From the NCBI RefSeq assembly GCF_964355755.1, contig NC_092678.1, forward strand, positions 21,345,365 through 21,409,364: a stretch of 64,000 bases of DNA. The letters run 5' to 3'. A program made the translations under genes and the position numbers. Below the pieces are notes generated by a model that saw nothing but the letters and a program-made list of their open reading frames with translations, made no database searches and was not told the DNA's origin. Of this stretch, positions 33,901-44,600 are shown piece by piece. The DNA comes from Antedon mediterranea. Lineage: Eukaryota; Animalia; Echinodermata. Position 1 is the first letter of the stretch. Each line of letters begins with the position of its first letter.

Positions 33901-34068
33901 CCAGTGCTAACTCAATATTTTTGTGTTATTCAGTTGAAATATGGAGGCCATGGATACAGCCACATACTGGAGAATGCTGTACCAAAGATGTTGATAAAAG
34001 GAATCTCTCAGGAGGATATAGATAAGATACTCATCCACAACCCAAGATCATGGTTGACTTATTTTTAA
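30954..34068 (+). CDS. PTER: Phosphotriesterase-related protein, copy 2, 352 aa, 7 coding exons
   Basis: Exons 30954-30981, 31088-31247, 31411-31595, 31867-32022, 32398-32574, 33110-33327, 33934-34068 (TAA). Exons 2-7 have the same lengths as in copy 1. THEHL, GEIG, IVHPGR, MSHLDR and AHDIH are retained. Confidence 0.96.
31691..31864 (+). mobile_element. 3' end of an L2/CR1-group LINE
   Basis: Translates [35 protein letters not shown] (typical WN.LP...FK..LKT.LF ORF2 end), followed by stem-loop AGCGCCTT-N12-AAGGCGCT and a (TAT)n tail. Confidence 0.85.
32815..33095 (+). mobile_element. tRNA-derived SINE, degenerate
   Basis: GGGCGTGTGGCGCAGTG A-box head, TGTATCCTT...AAGATACTTTAC and AATGGGTACCTGG blocks resembling conserved SINE cores, and a TTA-rich tail. 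Confidence 0.6.
33501..33671. mobile_element. MITE family A copy in PTER-2 intron 6 with an internally triplicated 20-mer
   Basis: TAAGCACTGTCTAC ... (GCCCAAATATGGTAGTGATAT)x3 ... GACAAGGCTTTA. Confidence 0.8.
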
Positions 34069-35684
34069 AAGTTGAAATGAGTCACATGTTCCGGTGCATC
34101 ATCAACCTAATATTTTTTAGAAAAAATATCTTTTGTAAGAAATAATAAATGTATACATTACATCCAACGAGTGCCTGTATAGTTCTTAATACAATGAAAA
34201 CATGTTTTTGAAATAACTATGCAACTTTTTTTTAGTCATTTTGGCTGTATTTATGCTACTATGACTATGATGATAATAGAGAGGAAATGTTCATTTGCTC
34301 CTGAGACATTTCAGAAGTAAATTATTTGTTTTAAGTTTGAAATAATATATGAAAGAATCGATTTAAAATAATTTTATTTTTATTCAACAATAGGAATGTA
34401 ATCTAACATATCATTTCTACAACATTTTAGTATTTGTGATCAATATACTGTACTAAGGGCATGTTTAGACGGCAGTAATTACATTGAACTAACTAAGTAG
34501 CTTTTGTAGCACTTCAGAAAATTATTGATAACAGCTCCCATCATATATAGTATAAAATGCAAAGAAACGCTAAGCCGCCCAGCAGCAATGACGCGAGAAA
34601 TGTATCTATGAAACGGTAAAAATGACAAAATGTCTGTGTGGAAAAATTGTCCCCAAATGAGGCAATTTATTTACACGCAAGATAAGCAAACGGTGTATGC
34701 ACACATTATTTACATTGATCACACATATTACAATATTCATGAATGTCATGCTGCACTATTTTTTTGCCCATTAAAAGTTGCTTAATATACCACATGAGCT
34801 GAGGCTACGATGGGACTGTAGAGGGCCTAATTAAATTAATTCCCCCATTTACAGGAGACAGTATTTAAATTACTACACATAACATTTTCATAAATTAACA
34901 TGAATATTAATGCGAATCGGTAAAAAAATATTTGTATATAGATTATGTACATAATATACAATATTGTTTTACTATCTATCTTATAAAGTTCTATACAATA
35001 TATTAATATTTCATACTATAGTATATAATGCTTTGAAGGACTGTTTCCAAATTCACTTTTTGTATCTAAAAAATCTTAGCATTTCTTACTGTATTATCAG
35101 CAAAATAAATTCGTTTTTTTATGTAACTAACAAATTATTTTACTACAAATATTTCCCAAAAGGGGGTTCCAGTTATTTAATTTTATAAACAATATTTTAA
35201 GGCTGCAGCAACTATGGTAATTACTGCAGCAATTGCAGTAAAGTAATATTGGCAAGCATTTAATTAAGTAGTGTATATAATATGATATAAGGCTTAAAGT
35301 AGTTTCGTATATGAATGGATGTCCAATGTTAATATGGCAATTTAATAGAAATGAATAGTGGTCTGTAACTTGCTGCTTGCCTTCTATTCTTAAGGTCATT
35401 GGTTCAAGCATTTGTACAGTACCTACATTTTTCAGTACTACTACTACTTATGTCTTACAAGAATTGTTAGATTTACTCTAAAGAGTATTGGTCAGTGGCT
35501 AGTAGATAGATACAAATTTTCATCTGTAATAATAATTATAGCACTTATGAGAGTCACTCTATTAAGTGTCATGTGATACAGTAATTTACATAAATAACTT
35601 TTTAAGATTTCCTTTTTAAGGGATCTGTTTATATGGTTACAAAACAGCTTTAATTTTGTAGAATGTATAGGCCTAGCGGCTAGT

Positions 35685-38600
35685 TCACACCTGTGGAGAA
35701 ACCTGAAGATACCCTTGTACGTCTTCTTGTATAGCTTCTGCTTTACTGCTCTTTCTTTGTGCCGCTGGGATCTTTGGAAAAATGGGAGTCTCGACATACG
35801 GCGTCGGGGCTAATTCTTCTTCGCTCCTTGCCCCTGCCATTGCCATGTACCCATCAGGTATGAAAGATGACTGGGCTAACGGATCGTTTTGAGTTGCTAG
35901 AGTGTAAGATTCATTGCGTGGCACGTTGACATTTACGTACACGTATGTATCTTTGGTCGTTGGGGATGCTGGACTTGACTCGAGAATGATGGATAGTTTT
36001 TTGGAAAGTTCTTCAAAGTTTGGTCTACCTTGAGGACTGAATCCCCAACACTGTTGCATAACATGATACCTGAAAACAAAGAGATCACCTAGATTAATAA
36101 ATGTCTCCAGTTTTGTTCAAAAGTAGGCCCTTGAAGGAGTATTGCCTAAACAGAATCTATTAAACCTCTATTAAAAGCAAGCCTTCATTCATGACCAAAC
36201 AAGTCTCTCCTTAACACGGGTATCCCCTGACAGGATCTGTAGTCCCACTATTGCATTCAATTGAACAGGTTTTTACAACCAATTACACTAATCCCAGCTC
36301 CTAGGTAGCTATGCAGAAAACAAATATATTTGTTTGCCTAATAGTAATACTTACACTTCGTCGGGGCAGAATTGAGGCTGTGGAAGACGGCGACCTTGTG
36401 CAAGGAATCTACCTATGTCCCAGTTATCTACAGCTGGATACGGTGTGATTCCTCTTGTCAGTAGCTCCCATAAGACAACACCAAATGACCACTAAATAAA
36501 TAGTTAAAATATTAATATTCTTTCTGAACTGAACAATTTTGCATTAGACGCACATACAACTGTTCTGATAGCCAATATTAAATTACATGCATGGTTGACC
36601 ATGCTTATAGTCAATTTTGAGCCTCTTGGCAGTAGCTGCTCCCATAAGACAACACCAAATGACCACTATAGAAGTTGAAGAGAGTTATCCTATTGTTATT
36701 CTGGTTGGACAGGACAATTTTGCACGGTCAACTGTGCTGATAGACAATAATAAATTGCATGACCATGCGTATAGTATTTTTCGATTTTTTTTATAAATTT
36801 TTTTTTTTTTTTTAATTTATTCAATTTCTGCCATAAACATAACAAAGAAGACAAAACAATTATAAAAGGAGGCACGGAAAGACCAAACAGGTGCTAAACA
36901 CCTATGCTAGTTGGTCAACCCAGAACAGAGAAAAATAAATAAATTGCGTTCTACAATAAAAGCATCGGCAAGAAAGTGACCAACTACACACATTTTCAAT
37001 ATCAAAATTATTTAAAAAATCAATATTCAGATAATTAAGTAATTTGGTTTTAAAAGAACTAACAGAAATATTTAAGTTGCGGATTTCACTGGGTAAGTTA
37101 AAACCTTATTAAAAGAGGAAACATATACAGCATAAGCTGACATTCCTTCTACGTACAACATCAGTCTTTGTGTTGTAGATATTCCTTTCCAGGCATTCCA
37201 GTGCCATCCACCTAACTGGCAGTTTGGCATTCTTATCTTTGGCACTATAGTAGTCTCGTTCGTATATATCTCGAGAAAGTCCAAAATCTGCTACTTTGAC
37301 CGTAAGCGTCTCGTCCAGCATGCAGTTCCTAGCTGCAAGATCTCGGTGAACGAATTTTAAACCGGTTAGGTAGGACATCCCACGAGCGATGTGCAAACCA
37401 AATGTTAGAAGTTCACGTGCTGTTAAGTCCTGATAAAAAAAAATATTATGTTAATTTTCGGTTGTAAACTGCGTTTAGGCATTCCAGACGTCAACATTTG
37501 TTGGTAATAAGTAGAAATAAATTCGCTAGATTCTTTTCGTAGACAATATCTGTTATTTTTACCATTGTTACATACAATACACATTGATTGTATTTTTAGT
37601 ATTAGTACTATTTTTAGTACAAATTGATGAAACAGTGTGGTGATTTTGTTTCAGATTATTTTCTGTTGTCTAGTTCAATTTGTTTGGTTTGTAGGCTTTT
37701 TCCTGGTTTTTTTCACCCTACTTCACCAAAACGCATTGAGACGAAATTGTTTGTAGAACACCCTATATCAATATTAACATTATTAATTGATTTTTTTTTT
37801 CAAAACGAAAAGAAAACTTACGTAAACAGGATCCCGAATATACATTAAAAGATCTCCATGTTTCATAAATGGGAGAATGACCAGTGGTATGCCCTCTTTG
37901 TTGATACAGACTCCAATTAATGCGAGAACATTCTCGTGTTTGAAATCCTTCATAATCATACCCTCCTCCAAGAAGTGTACCATCTCTGTCTGAGAACTGC
38001 CAGGCAAAAGGCATTTGATGGCGATATCGTTAACCTGTCCAGACTGGGTCTTGTGAGAGCCTTGATACACACTTCCAAAGTGACCTGCAAAAAGAATTTG
38101 TAATTAATTACGAGGTTATTAATCAACTATTGTTTTTGTTTATTTTTGTACACATTATACTGTTTTTTCATATATTTTTAATTGTGTGATAATAAAGACT
38201 TAAGCTCTGTCCACACTATCAAACTAGTTTGACAAAAAAAAGCGTGACATGTGCCCAAATATGATAGTGATATGACATCATCATGTCCATATGGGCACAT
38301 CACATTTTTTTATAATAAGGTTTGATAATGTAGACAGAGCATTAGGTTGATCCAAATTCTGACACCATTTTGTTCTGTAAAACTTGATCATATGATCATT
38401 GAAAATACTTGTTGTAATACATATACTTGGTGGATTGACTTTATTCGATTTTTTGTTTTGACAATTATGTCAGAGTATAACAAAACATCTGACTCATATT
38501 AGGTTATTTTATTAGTTATTTCAAATAGGACAAAAGTTATTCCCGGTTAATTTACCTTTTCCTATAAGGGTTTCAATTACAAAATTATCCTCTGGTATCG

Positions 38601-41600
38601 TAATTTCCTCAATTTGTAGTCTCATCTCCGCACTTATTACCGACAGTAATGACTTGTTCTCACGTTGACGGAATGACGGGTTCTCGGTATACGCTGAAAA
38701 AAAACCCATGAAAATATAAATAACTCTGACCGTCTTTTGGGAAACATGTTAGTGGGATACTCTCCTGTAAAACAAAAAAAGGACAAGTTTAAACACTAGA
38801 ACCAATCCTCCTTATTCAGGAGACTCCCTTATTAAGGGTAAAACGTTGAATGGACAATTTATAATAAATAGAAATAGAATGGATTTAATTTTTTATGTGC
38901 AGCATATCATAGCAAATTTGTTATACTATTTAAAATGGAAGAATCATATATTCTGATGTAATTGTAATCATCAACCACAAAAATAAAAGTATATAATAAA
39001 ACAGTAATAAAAGTACTGACAAACAACCTCTGTGTGTAACAGTGGATGGACAGAGATACAACGTCAATAAAAAGTTAAATATAAACCAAGAGTAAAAAAT
39101 ACAAAAACTATAAAATCTTTAATTTGCCACGGCATGGCCATATCCTTCATTCTCAAATTTATCTATACTTTTTGAAAATTTGTTTAAAAAAAAGCGCGTT
39201 TGTTATTATAAATGTTTAAATAGCTCCACTTTCCTCCGATGCCTTTTGAATCGGACATAGCAATAAAGTTATACCCATTAGCAACGCGATACGTATGTTT
39301 AGTAGAAATGGCGTCAATTGGGTGCAACTGCAAGTTCAAGCTGCGTCTGCAGGCAACATTAATGTAATAAAACATACTAATTACAGCAATTAACACCACT
39401 TAACAACATTATCTAACATCACATACAAAACATCACTGCAAACATTCAGGTCATTAAAAAATGTTATGAGTGGGTCAAGTTTCTTTATTACAACTTTCTT
39501 TGAACTTTTTATTGGAAATTATAATGATATTACATGTACAAAAGTCAATATTAGTAGGGTTTAACCTGTTTAGATTGTTGGCAGAAAGAGACATTAGGTA
39601 TTTGTCGGATCGAGAACCGAAGGACCAACAAAGTAATTCTTAAATATCCTATTTTCATCTCCACAGAATTTTTCATAAAAACATTCCAAATTCAGAGCTT
39701 AAACCACAAACTGAAATTGATATTAATACATACATACATACAACATAAAATATCAACAAATACGTAGATAAACAAATGCATAAATCAAATTATTAATAAT
39801 AAGAATTAATTATTATATGCAGTGCAATTAAAGAACATAAAATTTAATGCAAACAACATTTAAAATTAATGAAAATTCACAACAGTCTTACGGGGAAGGC
39901 AAAATGAAAATCTTACAATTTTTACTTGGTGTGTTCAGCAGAGGGTTCTGTTCCTCTACAATGGTACCATTCGCTGCAGGGGGATCAACATTTAGAGTAA
40001 AATAATTTTAAAAAGTCAGCCTCCAGGAAGAAAAGATTACTGATGTTATACCACTACTATTACTAACAAGTTTGTATGGAATTTTTGAAATGCAGAAATT
40101 CAGAAAAAAATAGATAACATTGTAGTAGAAATGGCAAAAAAATGAGTAGATAACATTGTAGATTATGAGAATAATAAAAAAAAAGTTTGTATGGAATATA
40201 TGAAATGCCGAAATTCAGAAAAATTAGAAAATAGTTTGAGAATATTTAAAAAAAAGTTTGTATGGAAGATAGGAAATGCCGAAATTCAGAAAAATTTGAA
40301 AAAAGTTTATGAGAATAAATTTTGAAAAGTAGAAACCTAAAATATGTAAAGCTGTAGTGCTTATTAATTACATAGGCCTCTAAAGCTCTGTCTACACTAT
40401 CAAACTTTATGTGACAAAAAAATGTGATGTGCCCAGATATGGTAGTGATGCCCAAATATGGTACTGAATACAAAGTTTTTTCCATTGTAGACTGACTTTA
40501 AATGTGAACAAAATCAGCAAAGAAAAATATAACTACAAAAGCGAAAGGATTTGGATAGCAAAATAAAATATTTATGCTAACATTTGCAAGGTATCAACGA
40601 AAAGCGAGTGATTATGTAGACATATATTCAATTAACATCGTTTATTTTACATATTTAAAATAAAGAATAAAACAATAGTAACCAAATTCTTCTGAAAAAT
40701 AAAGGAAATTTAACTTCTTAACCTAAGGGTGAATAGACAAACAAACTTGAGTTTGAATAGACAAACTAAATAAAAGAACTCAAACTCCTTAAGACACTGT
40801 CTGAATTGGCCTTTAACCTCTGAAAAATTCACAATTATATACTTACTATTAGAAGATGAAGGGTCAACACGGTAAGCCTCCGGCCTGTAGTGGACAGCAG
40901 GTTCGTTAGCCTCTAGATATTTTGAGCGCATTCGCCGTTTATAAAGCAACATGAGAACGAGTATGACAACGAATATTACGATAAATGATGACGCGGCGAT
41001 GAGGATGTAATGCCAGTACTCTGGCCCTGTGTCTACCTCCCCAAAATACTGGAGGCTTCCTACTTCATAACGCAGATTGCCAACTGTTACCTGAAAAGTA
41101 AATAGTATTATGGTGTAATACTAAATCATTTTCCTTCCAAAAATTAAAAAAAAACAATAACTAAAGAATAGCAAAAATATGGATAATGTTTGAGAGGCAA
41201 ATTGCCTGTAACATCTTTTTCAAAGAAAATACAATTTAAAATGATTAATTTATAGTTTTTTTTTTCTTGCACTTAGTAACCTATTTATAGTGCATATATT
41301 GTTTTTTTTCTCTTGTTTATCTCCATATTATTGTTTTATATTGAGCCATTCTGGCTTATTGAAATCTCAATGCACAATCAAATGTATTATTATTTAGTAT
41401 TATTATTACAAATGTTGTGTAAAATATACTAAACTGAAACTGAAAAAAATTAATAATTGAACAAGGCAAGCAAACACTACATGACCAATACAAAGAAATA
41501 GCATGAAAACATGTCAGTGTGTTAAACTGCAGTAACCACATTTTGTTTACGCTAATAAGCGACCGCCTTATAAACTTCTACATTGAAACAGACTAAAGCT

Positions 41601-44600
41601 CTGTCTACACTATTACATTAGTTTGACAAAAAAGTGTGACAGTGATATGATGTCACTGTGTCCATATATGGGCACATCACATTTTTTTTGTCACATAAAG
41701 TTTGATAGTGTAAACAGATTTAAATGATTAAATTTAAATGTTATTGCATTTAAATAATAGTTACTGCAGTAAATTTAATAGGAAACAAAACTTACTGTAA
41801 CAGGGTGTTCCTCTGTGGTATCCTGATCAAAATGCGGTGGTTGACAGGTCAATACCGTGTTGGTTAACTGTGTTACATTACACGCCTGCTCGTCAACTTT
41901 TACTTGAACATCATCCCGTGTCGCAGCTAAGTTCAAGTGATTACCCTAAAAAAAAATATTTTAAAATGTTATTAATGCAGAATTTTTGTTAGAAATATTA
42001 TGTACCATGTGACTGCTAGCCGCTACTGTATCTATGATTTTTACAGTTTCATATGCAATGATATGATACGGTATCACATATGTATCACATGTGATATCTA
42101 CTGTAAATCATAGGCAATACATATAGGCACCACTATGTGATGCAAAAATGACACTGTATGTATTACAGAATTACCTATGATACTGGACATTATAATGCCA
42201 TATGTGGAATAGTATACACTGAGATGTACCATCAATTAATGTAAACAAATAAATTTAAATAAATTACCATAATTTCCAATGGGTATGTATTATCTTTAAG
42301 TTGCCGAACTGAATTCTTATCTTCAAATTGATAATAAATTGGGTCGGTGACATACGTCATTTGTAGTATATCAAAATCAGTTTCGGTATCATTTGCGGTG
42401 GTGTTCATAATCTGCATAGCATTGTCTACATTATCCAAGATGAAGGCAATGTCCACTTCGGTTGGCGTTTCCACTTGTGAGCGTGAAATGTCTGGTGAGA
42501 TACACGTCATCTGCGTGCCATTTGAATTCGTTGTACAAGGCTATAAAAAAATATCGGAAAAATGGAAATTTAAACAAACATTATGACAAATTAACAGATG
42601 AATTTATTATGGATGGTCGTACAAGGCTATAACAAAATATTGAAAAAAATAATATTTAAAAAAAATTATATATAAAAAAAATAACTCGACCAGGCTTGAA
42701 AAAAATATTGAAAAATGAAAATTAGAAAAAATTAACTGATGAATTTATCATTTTTTGGATGGTCATACAAGGCTATAATAAAATATTGGGAAAATGAAAA
42801 TTGTAAAAAAAAATTTATCCAAAAAATTTTAATTTATGAATTTATTAATAATAGATAAATCATTATCATTATGTATATTTAAAGTGAACACATGGGCTGT
42901 GCAGTTATGGGTACACACATACTAATTGGGGCCTAGTCAATAATAACTGAAGCTTATAGTCTTTGAGTTTGGTTGTGCAGTAACTAACACCTGTGTGATT
43001 CAGGTATAGCATATGCAAATTAACCATAGAATTCTTGATTGGGCAGTATGCTGTTGGGCTTGGTAGTATAAAGTACTATAGATAGAGTCTAGGGTTTTGT
43101 GTATCATGTGCTGTTTAGTAAGCTAGAATTGTAGCTGTTGAATTAGAGACATATCTCTGGTGCTTAATTTACTGCTACAATAAAGTAAGATATATTTAAG
43201 CTACTAATGTTATGCAGTGATTTAGGCTAATAATTCTATAGAGTAGTCTTTACTTTGCTATTGTATACTGTACTACCACTTGTCTTTATTTGTTTACAGG
43301 CAATCAGATTGGATAAGGAATACAATACATTTGGAAGCAATTACAGCTTTAATATGATATGTATATGAATGGATCAATAATGCAGATTAATATATGAATG
43401 GATCAATAATGCAGATTAATATATGGATGGATCAATTTATATAGATCAATCATTTGATATGATATGTGGATAGATCAATATTTATGGATCAATAATTAAC
43501 TTATGGATTAATATAATTATGGATCAATATGGATTAATGTACTTATGGATTAATATAATTATGGATCAATATGGATTAACATACTTATGGATTATTATAC
43601 TTATGGATCAATATACAATGGATTATTAATATACTTATGGATCAATATACTTATGGATCAATATGCTTATGGATCAATATGCTTATGGATCAATATTCTT
43701 AAGGATCAAAATACAGGTATGTTAAAATATTATTTGAACTTTTTTCACTAAAAATTTAGTTTAAAAAAAAACATACTTACCGAGTTATACTCTTGATACT
43801 CTGTTCCTAAATATACGGTTACTATGATTTTGGGTTCCATTATTATATGCAGGTTCGAGCCATACACATTTAATGGTAGACCACCACTAGAATAGATATG
43901 AATAAATATTACATTAATTTAAAAAAATATGATATTTCTCTAAAAATAACTGTGAACATCATGATTGAGATTTGACGAATATTATATATACAAAGAGGGC
44001 CTTGGCAAACATGGTTAATACCTATATTGCTGATTTTTTTTTCTGTGAGATGACCTTTATAGCAAGGGTGGGCCAGGGTGCTTATTGACATAATGTATCT
44101 AGGTATATTTTTAATTTAATAATGATGCTGTGTACTGTTGGCTTAACATGTTGTTGCTTTTGCATTGCGCATGTAGATCTCTCTCACAGCCCCACACCCT
44201 TCAGTAAAAATCCTTCTCCTGACCATCCCCTTTTTGCACCCTAACCCCTTTCTCTTTTTGCACCCCTACCCCTTTCTCTTTTTGCACCCCAACCCTTTCC
44301 CCTTTTTGCCCACGTTAGGGCTATTACCTGAGAATGCTTATCTTTGGATTCATATTTGTTATAACTGGATCATCTATGTAATGATATTGCTCTGTAGAAT
44401 ATTTTGAAGTATAGGTGTCAAATACAATGTTTATTTCCGATGACGTTGACACCATTTCTGGAATCCCCTCAGTAATACATGTTGCCATTGTTTCCACTTC
44501 ACTATAAAAAGTAACAGAAAGCATAATTCAGTGTGAAATTTCTAAAAAATATTTTGCTAGGGACATACTGTATTTATAGCGCCCTAAATTCTCCCAATAT

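Noticed and set aside
35492-35797. 101-aa ORF overlapping the MET C-terminus in another frame
   Set aside because: Alternative frame of the last exon and 3' UTR, with no motif or splice support.
38731-38764. Extra MET mini-exon after a strong TTTTACAG acceptor
   Set aside because: Its phase is incompatible with the upstream phase-1 exon, the following intron would be only 37 nt, and read-through in the main frame hits a stop.
39184-39399. 71-aa minus-strand ORF as an alternative terminal MET exon (kinase-less isoform)
   Set aside because: The candidate GCAG acceptor enters this ORF in phase 2, but upstream exons end in phase 1, which gives an almost immediate TGA. Not supportable without transcripts.
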